DNA of 64,000 bases from Octopus sinensis. Its lineage: Eukaryota. Below the pieces are notes generated by a model that ran no database searches, had not been told where the DNA came from, and was given only the letters and a program-made list of their open reading frames with translations. The DNA lies in contig NC_043000.1 of assembly GCF_006345805.1 (NCBI RefSeq), forward strand, positions 71,548,001 to 71,612,000. The letters run 5' to 3'. Position 1 is the stretch's first letter. Each line of letters begins with the position of its first letter. The position numbers and the translations under genes are program-made. Shown one piece after another: positions 36,318 through 51,179 of this stretch.

Positions 36318-38379
36318 GTGTTCTGGATTGCAAAGCTGTGTCCCAATGCGAATCAAGATAAGGTTGGGGAATGATAGCAACACATAAATTGCTGGGAGAG
36401 GAATATGCACTTGAGAGAGATAGAGAGAGAGTCTGTTCTAAGTGGACTCAATGCAAAGATCCTCTATTGAAGTTGAGGGTCAAAAGCACAATTAAAGTAA
36501 GCAAAAAAAGAAGCAGATGAGCCATCAGCGATAGCTTCTAAGATGTTGCTATCATGTAGAACAAGCACAAACCACTTCCATAATCAATCAGGTATACCCA
36601 ATATCATCATTGATAGCTAATAAAAAAAGAACTATAGAGGCATCAGACAGACGATGCTATAAGCATCAGTGGGTTGTTCCTACTATGAGCAACACGTTTT
36701 AAAATTTAAGTATCTTGGTTGCAGCCATGAACTGCTGTGTCAAAATACACAGCACAAAGCTAAAATAAAAAACCTGTCCACTTGGTCAGCCTACAAATAA
36801 CTTTGCTTTATTTCTGATAATTTCTTAGATGTAATATGTACTGAATGACCTTGATAATACCTTTATGCCTTGTTCATGGTTGTACATGCAATATATATGG
36901 ATGTTGTAAACATTACTAAACATTTATTTATTGCAATCTATTTTATACAAATATTATCCAATTATGCAGTTTCGAAAATTGAAGTTGACATGTGATTAAT
37001 GCTTTTCATTCCTGTTTATCTTACAAATATTTAAATCAAATGAATATTGCAATCATAGATATTTGGTCAACTAGTTGTACAATATGATTTGTATTTATAG
37101 TCTTATATATGAATAAAACTGTAGCCTCCAGAAATTTTGTTACTTAATGAATGTAGTTAATCCTCCCTTCTTATGTCAGTTTACTTACTTGCAAATGTCA
37201 AGTATGGCAAAATGTTTTTCTTATATTTAAATTTCCTGCTTTACAACTCCCATTTAACTGCTGAAATAAAACTACAATGATTAATCCTCAATCAAATTTG
37301 GTCTTGTGTCCCTCCCTTTTAAATCCCATGTTAATTTTATGTTCTGAATTGCTCAACTCCCACACATCTTTTTCCTACTTGCTGTAATTTCTTTAATGAC
37401 CTCGTCTTTATCCTGTACACTGGCAGAAGTTTATGTATCGGCTAAGAATAGTGAATTCTCTTTTAATCCTCTTTAAGTGCTCTAATCTTTCATGAATGGC
37501 AGCCTACTGTAGTAAATACTGAAATTACATGTTCAATCTCTGTTGTAAATAAATATCAGCCTAACTGATTCTCTTGGTTTCTCTCAACAAAAATGAAAAA
37601 AATAACTTCATTCAGTTACAGATGGATCTTATATACATATACCTTTTACTTTTTGATATTCTTCAGTTGAGAGATGAACAATATTCATTTCTTTTTTTAG
37701 GCCCAGCTAAACTGAAGGTAGTGTGTGGTCAGCATTCAGCTTAGATAGCTGTCAATGACATTGAAACTGCCAACAGTTAATAATAAGCTTACTAGATGAG
37801 GGTAGTAGACTAGTCTTTTCCAATAAAACAAGTGATGTATTTAATCCCTTGTAGAGTTGTCAAGCCACTTACTGTGTTTGGGTAAAACATTTATAGCTTA
37901 TTAGCAGAACATCACTGGAGATTAGATTAGGGATAGAATAGCCAAAATTAATAAATAAAATCCAAATGCAACATAAATATTATATAAATATCAAATAAGT
38001 TTATAATTAACAGTTACACAATATTGTATTGGCTCAAACTGAGATAGCAGGATTCTGTGAATAATTTTTTATGAGTAAGGATATACAAGTATAAAATTTG
38101 ATAGTTGTTTCTATTTTCACCAGCCATTTCATTTTTTTCCTTAATGACATGATAAAGTGTTGTAGCTGACTAAAACAAAGTATTAGCTTACTAATGAAAG
38201 GTACAGAAGTGTGTATACTCATCATAACTGAGATATTTAACCCTCAACCCATTTCCACATAGCTATGAAAAATCATGGGTAGGTACAACTTAGTTATTGA
38301 ATAATTGATAAAGTTGAAAGCCAAGTTTAATTCTTGGCAGAGGAAAAGGTTTCCCCAGACTTATTTTTCCATGATATCA

Positions 38380-38782
38380 TCATCATCATCATCATCATCA
38401 TTGTTGTTTAGCATCCTCCTTCCATGCTGGCATGGGTTGGATGGTTTGACAGGAGCTGGCCAGGCAGAAGACTACACCATACCTTTGTGTCTGTTTGGGC
38501 ATGGTTTTTATGGCTGGATGCCCTTCCTAACACCAATGAACCCACAGTACTTTTAATGTGGCACCAGCACAAGCAAGGGCAGTTTGGCATGGTTTTTACA
38601 GCTGGATATACCTCCAAATGCCAACTATTTTATAGTGTGGACTGGATACTTTTTTGAGTAGCACCAGGGTGAACAAGTAACTTGCAAAACAAAGAATCGA
38701 GAGGGGAGGGGGCATAAGAGGAGGTGATCTTGTGTCAGACGATAAAATGTTAACAGATGTCTTGCTGTAGAGGAGATATATG

Positions 38783-38815
<33 letters not shown>

Positions 38816-38960
38816 CAGAATGTGTTGCTGTAAAGAAGATACATGTTTACCTAACCGGAGGGAAGAGCAAGAGAGGAAGAGAAAGTGATCAAGAACAAGG
38901 GCAGTATTAATTCAAAGCCTTTATTAAAAGTAAGCAATTGAAAGAACAGAAACATTTTCT
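38380..38960 (-). mobile_element. Old RTE LINE 3' fragment
   Basis: (cat)n tail, then ttccatgctggcatgggttggatggtttg...gctggatgcccttcctaac, as at 19100. Confidence 0.7.
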
Positions 38961-38997
38961 TTGACTTCAAAGAATATATATCTGAAGTTGTCATGAG

Positions 38998-39560
38998 AAA
39001 TAATAATAATAATAATAATAATAATGAAATTATTGTATATAGTGCTCAGGTGTACCACAACTTGTCAAAAGTGCATGTAAAGTATATGCAGTAATGTACA
39101 AATGTCTGGAAAGGGAACAATGCATGAGTCAGATACATGCTTGCATGTGTATGGAGGGGGAAAATCAGGTGTAGTGTTGCCGAATCTCAGGAAGCATGGA
39201 AGTTTTGAAGGATGCAGTGCTCTGACAACTAACAACTGATGCCGGCAGTTTGTTCCATGCTTCAGCAACTCTCAGCGTGAAAAAATGTTTCGAAAGTCAT
39301 GGGAGCTGTGCTGTTTTCTGACTTTGTAAACATGTCCACGGTGTTAGACAGGTGGAGTTTGAAAAGGTGCTCAGAGTTAGTGTTTGTAAGATGGTTAATA
39401 ATTTTATGGGTGCCTGCCAAGTCAGCTGCCAGATGTCGGAGTTTCAATGTATCCATGCCCAGGGAAGTAATGCATTCAGAATATGGCAAATGCCTGATGG
39501 AGGGTAGAGACTGTAATACCAACCTACCTAAGAGTGACCCTGGTTCTATGATAGAATCTC
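38998..39560 (-). mobile_element. CR1-type LINE 3' fragment with (ATT)n tail
   Basis: LPSIRHLPYSE.ITSLGMDTLKLRHLAADL...KII resembles the CR1 RT C-terminus; (taa)n at 38998-39024. Confidence 0.7.
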
Positions 39561-42500
39561 TCTGTTTTAAAGTGATTCAAATTAAGAATGTACATCAATA
39601 TTCCAAGCTGACTTAAGTTCCAAACACTAGCTTAATAATGACAAAGTTCTTTTACTAAATTCTTCCTTTTTTTAAAATTAATTGAAATTAAAATGATGTA
39701 CTCCCACAGAAATACGGTAACAAAAGGATTAAATACAAGATTTTTTCCTTTCAGTGCAGACAATCATAAAAAAATACACATAACAATAGTATCAGCCTCA
39801 ATACATTATCAGCTCTCAACACTGTTGAGATGTAGACTAGCAGAAATAGGTTCAGAAGAACAACAACGATTGATATCCAACTGAGTCTTCTTGCTCCTTT
39901 TTTATTGTGGCAACTATAAAAACCTACAAACTGAATCAAACTGGACACTGTTGTTTATGAAGCAGGTGAAGGTGTAGAAAACTGGAGTGTTGGGTTTGAG
40001 GATTTGCACTCAGGTATTTCAAATGAAATACATATGTGCTGTACTAAATTGAAGATACACCAAATTAGTTTAGACAGACATAATTTTATGCATATTTCAA
40101 GCTTTGTCATCATTACTGTTATTGTTATCATCACTGTTGCCACCTTCACTACTCCCATCCTCCTCCTCATCATTTTTATGTTTGCATTTCCATATTTGCA
40201 TGAGTTGAATGGTTGGATGGCTTCTGAGCACAGCATCTTACCACATGCTGCATTCCACTGCCATTGTCTTTGTGACTCTCAGCTTTTACTGCTTCTACAC
40301 ATACTTCTCTTGTTTTTCTCTCTTACTGTTTCCTTTCACTTGGATCTCCTGGCATTCATTATCATCAATACACATTACAGATCTGTATAAACACAGTTAT
40401 CTTTCTTGCACACATCAAGTTCCTCTTATACCCTGTTTTTCTCTCATGCACACCAACATTACACCCCCATGCTTGCTTTATTTCTCTCTAGCCTCCACAC
40501 ATTCTCTTCATGCAATGCCCAAATTTCGCTATCATGTAGTATCACATTTTGCATAAAAGTATTGTACAGTTTGCACCAAATATGAAGAGAAAAAATCTCC
40601 TTGTTGCCAACAGAGGTCCTTGAATTTTTTCTAACCAGTTGTTATTCAAGTTACTATGCTTTCAGAGCACCCTCCTCAGCAGGATTAGGGCACCTAGATA
40701 ACAGACACTATTAAATACTTCCAAGAAGTTTTCCAAATATTAAAAGTAATTTATTTTACTGTTGCTCTAACGAATAAGTACTCTTAAACATCTACTACAC
40801 ACAAAGTCTTTACTTACTGTCAGCCTAGCTGTAACTTCAGTACATATTTTCTGCATATCAAGTATAGTCGTTTCCCTGATAGCAACAGGGCCCTGTCTTA
40901 TTTTATACTTACTAAGGCCTCACAATTTTGTTCCTACAGACAGTTGTAATTGATTTGAGAACTATAATAAATAGGAAAGGGCTGAGAACTGTTTAAGTGC
41001 AGACTAAATTCTTCACTGAACTCTTGCCAACTACCACTTTGCTAATAGCATCTTTATACATGGCTTGCATTGCTCTCACACACCATCTATCTACACCTAG
41101 TTTTCATAAAAATCACTGTGGTAATTTCTTACATAAATACAAGACCAATAATCTGAGGTGGGCAAGGGACAGTCAATTATATCAACCACAATAATTGATT
41201 GGTACTTATTTTATCAATGACAGAAAGACAATAGGCAATATAAAGCCTGGTGTGATTTGAACTTAGAATGTAAAGAGATGTAACTAAATACCACAGGAAA
41301 TTTTATCTAATGCTCTAATGATTCAGCCAATCCACCAACCTTCATTCTAAATAATACTTCTTTTGAATTTTAACTAATTGTATAGAAATAGAGTTGTTGA
41401 TTAAGCTGATTCCAGTATATTACTTGTGTCCACTTTATTGACTCCACAGGAATGAAAGACAAAGTTTTGTTTGTTAGTATGGGATATTTTATATTAAAAG
41501 ACTGAGAGTTAGAGAGAGAGAAAGGGCTGCATTGACAAACATACTATGATACAAAAATCTGACATGAAGTAGCCAATCAAGTAAATTAGTGACTGATGAA
41601 ACTTTTAATGTAGTTCAACTTTACCACAATATTCACATATCATAAGTAGTTAAGGATATTGCTAATGTGAAGGACACCAACTTTCTGTGAACTACTCATC
41701 AGGCTATTGGTCTCTGACATATAAAGAATGATCAATGGCAGAATGAACACAAGAGAAATTATACTGATAGGCACTGAATTGGGAAAGGGATTTGCAAAAG
41801 CAAAGGAGATGATTACTTATGATAATTGATTTATATTAAACTAGCAGTTGTACTCAACCAAACTCATGTTTGTTAATATCCTAAATAGATACAGTCATGT
41901 GAATTTACTATATTTTAGATAAAGTATTTAAAAAAAAAAGATGCTGACAATGTTCAGCTAGTCCAGGAATGTTGACTGTTGCGGTCAAGCAATTTAGAAA
42001 GGGGTTCAAGGTAAGCTAATAAATAAATACAAATATAGATCCAACGGCCCCAAAAGATGCTTCCCTATGCAAAACATCAACTATTTGAATAAGTGTGGCC
42101 TACAACTTGGAACATGTACACATACATTCAATATTAAGAATATTAGAAAGCAATGAGCAAGGGTCAGTTGCCTTTCAAGAGAAAGTTTTCTTAGAGAAAT
42201 GTACAATTTAGTGACCAAATAGAATACATCAGCTTAGGTACAAGAGTACTTCCTGAACTTAAACATCCTCTGACTAACAGCAATTCAAACTGAACCTAGT
42301 TTTGCTAAAGTTACCAAATTATCTCTGTTCTTTAGTCTATGAGAACCTGAAATAAGTGTGACATCTACCTCTCTAACTAAGACTAATAATATTAATAAAA
42401 ACTTTCAACAATAGTTCCAAATTAGACAATATAATTTATAAGATGTTTTTGTTATATTACAAACTACAGCAATGCTAGTGTGATAGTTGAGCTTATATTT

Positions 42501-43849
42501 ATGTATTAAGTCTGACCTATAATAAGACTAACATTAGCATGATAGTTAGTTTTGCATTCATCTAAAAATTAGGATTTTCCTGATGAGATTATAAACTGTT
42601 ACATGATCAAGTGAAAAGATAAAATGATGATCTACATATTAGCAAAGTAGAGTAAGAGGTGACCTTCAGGTGAATCATGTAAACAATCCAGTTCTAGGTC
42701 AACATTATTTCATTGCTAATGCTTTTAAGAATAATATGAAGGTCAATTTTCACCCTCATAATATAAATATATGAAAAATATATCCATATATTAACAAAAT
42801 AACTTTAATATTATTGGGGTTTCATGAAATATAAGTAATTCTATGATGGTTATGTGGTTATTTTGAAAATTCTTCAAAGAATGATGACTGTGCTCTGCAT
42901 AGTTATGAACTGCCCTTTGGCAAGGCATAGCACCCATTCAGCCACTCTGCCAGGGATACGATAAAGTCATGGGGTTGCACATGGCAGATTGTGAAGACAT
43001 GGAAGAGCTCAAGTGATCCAATGGTGCTTCTTACATTGATTCTGAGCAGAGGAATCCGAGATGATCAACAGTCAAGATCACCAAGCACTATCAAGAGAGC
43101 AACTGCAATGCATCCCTAGGAATGGCATCCATGGTTGTGTAATCAGCTAATGAAAGATTCATTATGACTCAATCAAGCTCCCAATTCAAATTCATAATAA
43201 TGAAACTGGATGGTGACAGAGAGTCATGGGAATCCATCGAAAGCAGAGGAAAAAACATTATCAATACAAGATATATTTGACATCATTAATGTGAGAGTGA
43301 GAGCTGCAATGAAAAGAAATAAGTAAAGAAACAATTTCCGAAAAGATTTATTATTGCTGATATATATACATACATATATACATACATATATATACATATA
43401 TATATATATACATATATAATATATATATATATATACATATATGTATATATATACATACATAAATGCATACATATGTAGATATATATATATATATATATAC
43501 ATACATATATACATATGTGTGTGTGTGTGTGTTATATATATATATCAAAAATATAATTGAATTAAAAGTAACTCACGTATGCTGTAACCTTATAGACAGA
43601 AGAAACAATTCTAGGTTGTTGAGAATCTGGAACTTTTTGAGCACTAAAAGAAGAGCAGCAGAATTTTATTAAGTGATAAGAAATCATCAGTAAAATAGAT
43701 ATTAATTACATTAGTTTTGTTCCAATTACTTTCCATTCTCTTTTGGTGGGCCAGAAAGAGTTAATTATCATCATCATCATCATTTAATGTTTGTTCTCCA
43801 TGCTGGCATGGATTACATGGTACCCCTGTACTGTTCTTTTAAGCCTGGT

Positions 43850-44052
43850 ACTTATTGAATTGGTCCTTTCCTTAACTGCTAAGTTATGGGATGTAACTAT
43901 GCCAACACTAGTTGTCACATCGATCGGGGACAAGCACAGACGCAAAGACACACACACATACACACACATGGCATGCTTCTTTCAGTTTCTGTCGACCAAA
44001 TCCACTCACAAGGCTTTGGTTGGCCCAAGGCTATTGTAGAAGACACTTGTCA
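43850..44052 (-). mobile_element. Partial family-1 SINE
   Basis: cttctttcagtttctgtcgaccaaatccactcacaaggctttggttggcccaaggctattgtagaagacacttg. Confidence 0.7.
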
Positions 44053-47000
44053 TTTATTTATTTTGTTTTTTTCAGTTAAAGAAAATTAGTTTTAAATGCT
44101 TTCATAAAGTGAAATATTTGGTAATTATGCTGCATGATGTTCTAAATCATTTTATCCAATCCTTTTATTTGATTGCTATTTTTTTTCCTGTTCTGCTCAT
44201 TTAATACTCAACAGAGTAGCAAGAATGTAAAGATTTTGCTAATTCACAACAATATATAGTATATGGATACTATAACAGGTTGGGCTTTAGAATAAGTTTC
44301 AGAATGAGTCAAGTAAAAGTTTATAATACTAGAGATAACAATAATGAATTAGGATTGTATTTTGTTGAGTTTCTCATTTCAAATTTTAAATAAAATTGGA
44401 AGCTGGGAGATTGATTAAAATTAGAAGAAATATGCGAAAGAAAAAGTTGCATTTTTCATATGAGATATAAATTTATAATAAAATTTGTTCAATTATAATG
44501 TTATTTAACAAGATGAGACTCACTCTACATATTTTTCATGCACCAAGTCTAGGACAAGTCACCCTGGTAAAGCCTATCTATCTCCAAGTTACTGATGATG
44601 GTTAAATTCACAGACAAAGTACTGAAATGTGATGGCTCCAACCAGAAATCCAATCATCTTACAGAAGGGATATTTGGCTTTAGATATCAAATATATAACT
44701 TTACATATAAAAAAATCAGTTTATTAAAATAAATGAATGTACAGACTTATTAAACCCTAACAGCTCATTGTTCTGATCAAATGTTTTCCGATTAGAACTG
44801 ACTATGCTGACTAATCTGTGAAGGACTATCAACATTCCATTTGCAAAGTAAGATTCTCAGTTTATGCTGTTGTAAGAGAAATAAAATAGAAAAATAGCTT
44901 ACCACACTAATTCTTTATATAATTTCTTTACCATATCTTCATAAGGTCCAAAATCATCTTCAAACTGGCAAACTTTTCCACCCAAACATAAGTGCTTCAG
45001 TAAGCAAAATAAAAATTCTTCTTTTTCACTGGGTGAATATAGGTTGTAATTATCACTTTCTTCTAGTAGAAGCATCTGTTTTTACCAAATAGAAAAAAGT
45101 GTATAATAGTAACAACAAATATATTTATTGTAAACATGACTGTGTTTAATTTAATGATTGAAAATAATATGACAGTTGAAAAAGTGAAAATAATAATTAC
45201 TTTTGTATAAATCATTTTTTTTCTATAAGGCAACTGGCTACAGAGATTCCTTAGCATATTTCTAGTACTTAATTTATCAACCTCCAGAGACTAGAAATGC
45301 AAAATTCTAGCATGAATTTTGAAGCAAGAAAATTAAAACATCCAGTCAATGATTCCTTTGTTTTGATGAGTTCTACTGGTTGGTAAAGCATATTTTTAAT
45401 GATAAATTGTATTAGAAGTAAATGTGTTAATTTCTTACTGAAGAAAATAGGCTTCAGGTTTTTAGAAGTGAGGAAATGAGATAGCTTAAAGTCCATAACT
45501 TTCTCATAGGTATTTATATGAAGCAGCTACAGCTAGAAGGAAACTACAGGCACTCCATGAGCTAACTCCATTCTACCAAAATATATCAATTTATTTAAAC
45601 TAAAGACACAACCAACTTTGGAAGATTCTGGATGGAGATAATTAAGTCAGTCCTAGTTTGTTATATCTTCTTTAATATATTGACTACCAGAAGAATGAAA
45701 AACAAAGTTGATTATTGAGATCAGAGCTTAGAATAGAGAGAAATGAAACTAAATAGTCAGGTATATCTGTTTCTTGAACAAAACACTCTTCAGAAAAAGA
45801 ATATATATTAAAATGTTACCAAGAATATATTAACTCTGTAGTGGAATCATGATTAGTAACATTGTAATTTGTTTTGTCTCATTTTATATTTTTATCTAGA
45901 TATTTCTGACAAACTTATGTACTAGTTATTACTCTTTATATACTGCTCTTAGCATATCTGATTGTGTCAACAACATTTAACTAATGATTAATCCGCCAAC
46001 TGTGTCACCCAAGTCTGTCATTAACTGAATTCCGAAACCTGCCATTTACATTATGTCATTAAATAAACTGCACCATTACAATAAATAGAATATATAAACA
46101 TGTCTGTAGCATAGAATGCAGCTAAAAATTTTTTTTAAATGGATTTAGACAGCAAGTAAAATATTGATTTCTTTTGACATATATGCAACACTAAGAAATG
46201 CAGAAGGAGAATAGTCAGTAGATTTTTGCTGTTTTTTTTTTAATATTAACTCTGAAGAATAAAAAGAAAGCCCTACTATGACTTGCACTCAGAACAAAGA
46301 ACAAATCTGAATTTGACTAAGTATCGTTGTTGGTTCACCACCCTCAAATGTTAAGAATATATGGCTAGTGGGAAGAGTGGTGTGAAATGGTGGTTAATCA
46401 TAAGTGTTTACAACCTGGTTTCAATTCCTTATAACAACAGCTGTTTTGCTAACAGCTTTGTTAATACAACTCATTAAAACAAGCTTCATTTCAACTCATT
46501 TGAAGAAATCAATAATTAGTGATTCATTGATGGTTATCTCTGATAAATCACAATGACTCATTTCTCTGATAGAAATAAGCAAAGTGTGTGTGTGTGTGTG
46601 TGTGTGTGTATGCATTGGCTAATGAAGGTGATGGGCTCTTGGCATTTATCTCACCAATTCAAACTTTGTTTGATAGTTTTGTATCAGCAAATGGATCAGC
46701 TGCTTGTTTTTGCAAAGTACATTGATCTTTAAATTATCATTATCAGCAGTTTTACATCCTTTTCACTTCACTGGGAAATTTTCATCTCAATCTTGTTTCA
46801 TCCAATCTGTGATGCATAACATAAGACCAACCCAATTTGGGCCAGAATGTGAAATGATGATGATGATGATGATGACAGTGATGGTGTTGATAATGAATTA
46901 ATTTGAAGGGGGATGAGGAAGTGATTACATCTTTCTTAAGCTATTCAACTTTGTTTTAATGCCTACTTTTCCACTCTTGCATGGATTAGATGGAATTTGA

Positions 47001-47744
47001 TGAGATTTTCTCCTCTGTTTCCAAGTAAGCTAGTTTCTCCTTTTGACTTGATATGTTTTCTTAGAAGATTGGAAATGAATGACACTGCATGTACAATGGT
47101 AAATTTGTTCGCGACCATCATGACAATGAAACAGATAAATTAGCACAATTGATGTTCCGTTTGAATTCTGTAGTTTGAAAACATAGAGGCAGAGCTTCCA
47201 AAATGTTCACTTTAGAGAAAATATTGGGTAAAGTAAGCAATATTCCATATGGTGATGAGACAGAGTAATTGCAATGAGAGAAAAATTGATGAGTAATTAA
47301 AAATAAACCTAGGTGGTATGGAAATAGTCAGCAAATTCAGGGAGCAGAGAACATCATAGAAGCTGCAATAGTGATTGTAGAGTATTGGTTAATGAAGACT
47401 TACCAATAAAGCAGACAGACCTTTGTGGAGAGACACTCAATATCTTGAGTGTATTTTATAATCTTTTACATGATTCAGCAAGTGCCTCATGTATGATACA
47501 CAGTGTGTGTTACAAACGACATTATATGTGATGCATGTGTCTATCTTATGAATGATATACAGTGTTTATCCTATATATATGTACTTCATGTATAGCACAG
47601 TGTTATGACTAAATATATTTTATGTGTGACATACAGTGAGTATATTAAATATGAACAGTATGTAATTAATGTAAAACACAAGATGACATGCAGTGTGTAT
47701 ATTATGTATACAAGCCACTTTCATATATTGCATTATATTATTAT

Positions 47745-47798
<54 letters not shown>

Positions 47799-47814
47799 TT
47801 ATATATCCTACAAG

Positions 47815-47990
47815 TTCTGGCTGAGTGGTTAAGAAACTCACTTCATAAATATGAGGTCCTAGATTTGATTCCACTATTTAGAATCTCGGTCAAATATCTT
47901 TATCATAACATCAGGATAATCCAAGCATTGTGAGCAAATTTGGGTAGATGGAAACTGTTTAGAAGCCCATCATATGGATTGTGTCTGTAA
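47815..47990 (+). mobile_element. Degenerate family-1 SINE head
   Basis: tggctgagtggtt...caagcattgtgagcaaatttgggtagatggaaactgtttagaagccc. Confidence 0.55.
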
Positions 47991-48999
47991 TTTAAAGGAC
48001 AATCCTAATCACATATTACACCATTCTCATTTGGCTTGGGAAGTGTGCTAAGTGTACATGGTTCAGTGGAATACTCAGCCATTTACACGTTAATTTAATG
48101 AAGTGAATGTTAATTGATTGAACAGATTGAATTCTGATCATCAAAACCTACAGAGCATCAATTAGTTACTTAGCTTGTTGCTTCTCTTTTTGCTAGCCCT
48201 CTGTTTATTCTCCCTACATTGTATTACATTGCTAACATAGATAGTCTTTTTTTTTATTCGCAGATAACAAAACAGAACTGATAGGGTACTGGACAACCAA
48301 CTGATAAGTCAACAGTTCATGACTAACCACTGATGCACTGTTTCCAAGCTGTTGACCTTCAAATGCAAAGTAGACAGATCAGTGTTGAGTACATATCTCT
48401 TACATAGTAGACTATCCTTTGAGGAACTGGGAGAGGTTGATCAATTCAAACAAAAGTAGTATAGAGGTTCACTGCCCTACAGTACTGAGATTCTTTTTTT
48501 CTATCAGTGACCGTCTACTGTTTTATCAAAGGGAAGATTTACTTGTCACTACAATAACCATAGTGAACACTGGCCTTTGTAGTTTGGAAAAGAGTGACTG
48601 TGTAATTATAGATTGAGAAATACTGCAGCACCAAATGACAAACTAAACTAACATAAAATCTTCAAAACAATTTTTTTTTTCTTGATTCAACTTTCAACAC
48701 TGAATCGCACAAATAAAAGTTCCAGTGTGTGGTTCATCTCTCCTGCAAAATATCAACTGACTTTGGAAGACAGTTAATCCTTCGTCATTTTAGAACAAAT
48801 TAAGGGATGAGGATGAAAGCAGACCCATGATGGACATGCACTGTAAATTTTAAACTAGATATATTTCAAATTCTAATCTTACATTTAATTTTTTCTTTAC
48901 ATATATGTTTTCTACCTTATGGATATTAGATTGTAAAATTTCCTTAAATGCACCTTTTACATTTCCAACTAAACTACAGAATGTCACTTCTTTCTCTTA

Positions 49000-50300
49000 G
49001 TTAACAAATGTATTAGTAAGATATGTTGTTTATAAACATTTCTACTGTTATCCTCGTTTTGACAAAATCGACAATTTGAATTGTCTGATTCCAAACCTTC
49101 TCTTTTTTTGAGTGTTTTTGAGACCAGCCTGACAATGCCTTTCACTTTTGGTATTTGTTTTTCTCAGAAACTTGAAATTCAAATTTTGTACCTAACATAG
49201 CTATTGTTCCATCTCTACAGCACTCACAGACACTATCCTGCAATAGCAATGGATTGTGGGTATTGCCATTTTCTGTGTTTGTGGGGTTCCCAGGATCAAC
49301 AGTGTATCGATCAGGTTTCTCATATGAGGCAATACTACTACTGGCTGAAGAATCTGGGTCAAAAGGGCACTTGGAGGAGTATGCTCTTGATTTGGCTGGC
49401 ACTCTCCATTCTCAATATTACAACGAATAGGCATTTTGTGTGTGATCGGGTTTGTATATAATAAGCATTGAATGAATGCTTTTCACAAGAGATTCATTAG
49501 GAATATGATAATAGACGTGCCTAAATAATTCCAGTAAAAATACAAGCACAGTGGTCGATGAATTTAGAGAAATAGGTTGATAGCTATTGATATTTAGAAA
49601 TTTCTCAAAAATCGTTTTCCCATGACTGAAAGGAAGATGAAACCTTTTCCAAAACATGAGGTCAGGGTGGTTGTTTCAAGAGGAGAACAAAAAACAAAAA
49701 AACTGCATTTTAAATGAGCCAGAGTGAACACATAACATGCAAACACAAGTAGCTGGGAACATGATAGCACATCAGTCAATTTACCTAGTTGTATTGAAAA
49801 TAAACCAAATGTTGCTGAATTGATCTCCTGCACAATTTGATCCTTAATGTCAATGTTCCTGATCCTTTTTTGAACAAAACTATTCAATACTGAAATAGCT
49901 GCAAGTATTTTTCACTCATTTCCTCCCAAATGTTCTGCCATTTTAAGAGCACCAGGTTTGATCAAACTTCTCCAATTATGTATGTTTTTTCCCCTACTTT
50001 GCTAACTCCAGTGCTACTACAGAAAAAGCTTCAGTGATTTTTTGCCCTTGTTTCCAGATTCATCTTTTTTGAGAGCATTTGCCAGCTGTTCAAAAACTTT
50101 CGTCCTTGTTCTCATGTTGAGGACAAACATTCTGTAAATTTTGCTTCAGCTTTGTTGGTTTCTGTAATAGGATCTTCTCAGATAGGGAAGATAAGGCAAC
50201 ATCTGACAAGAACCTTGAGGCTCAAGGAACTGAGTTGATCATCATATGTATCCAAATATTTACAGTGGGTTGAAAATTGCTACAAAGAGCTCCTGTGGTT
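49000..50300 (-). pseudogene. Decayed hAT transposase (Buster/SPIN, ZBED5/FAM200-like)
   Basis: Minus-strand fragments LIKPGALKMA, DQIVQEINS..FGLFSIQL...TDV.SCSQLLVF, FCSPLETTT and C.DGTIAMLG match the FSIQLDESTD / QLLVF / DGA.AM blocks of this group. Confidence 0.8.
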
Positions 50301-50962
50301 TGTGCACACTCATTGGCTTCTCTGGTGGTTCACTGGCTTGTTTCAGATACAGATGTTGACAGACTTCACAATGTAAAATAGGTTGATAGCTATTGATATT
50401 TAGAAATTTCTCAAAATTTGTTTTCCCATGAATGTATTTATGTGCTATCCACTTAAGTACTCTTGTGATCGCATTATTAATCTTCATAAGTCTTAACCTT
50501 TACAATGCTCTTGGGTATTAACCTTCATTAAAGACTATCCAGCAAATTTTCTGATAGACATAAAGATATCTGTTAAATACATAAAATATGGAGAATTTCT
50601 TATCTTTCAAAAACAAACTCACCAAATAAAATACTACACTATTAAACATTCACACCCAAAAGGCAGCTGATCCCTACAAAAGTATATGACTTTCATTGTC
50701 CCTATTTGCATATGCATAAATGCATGCATGCAAGCTTGCATGTGTGTGTGAGCATGCAAGTGCATGCATGAATGTATGTAGTATATATGTATATAAGTAT
50801 GAATGTGTACAAGTTTTTAATCAAGGACACCAGTATAATAAAGGTGTGATTAAAATAAAAAGTTAAAAACAGAAATCCGAGTTATGCTGGTACATAAAAC
50901 AGTGATGACATTGCCACTGCCACCACTGCTACTGTCACCAATGACAATGATGAAAATAATAA

Positions 50963-51157
50963 TGATTTCAAATTTTGGGTGAGGGGCTAAGTCAATTACA
51001 TCAACCCCAGTATTTAACTAGTATTTTTATTATTGACCCTGAAGGATGAAAGGCAAAGTCAACCTTGGTAGAATTTGAACTCAGAACATAAACAGAGAAG
51101 AAATGTCACTAAGCATTTTGCCCAGCATGCTAATGATTCTGCCAGCTCACTGCCTTA
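50963..51157 (-). mobile_element. SINE family 2 copy
   Basis: Matches 34181-34396. Confidence 0.8.
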
Positions 51158-51179
51158 ATAATGATGATAATAATAATGC

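Noticed and set aside
36380-36720. Possible RLE-type LINE remnant
   Set aside because: Motifs too decayed to support a call by eye.
46250-46280. CTGAAGA...GAAA close together
   Set aside because: No stem II or stem I pairing; chance match.
50700-50780. Alternating purine-pyrimidine tract (Z-DNA potential), also at 52620-52675
   Set aside because: Such tracts are ubiquitous in this microsatellite-rich DNA; nothing specific here.
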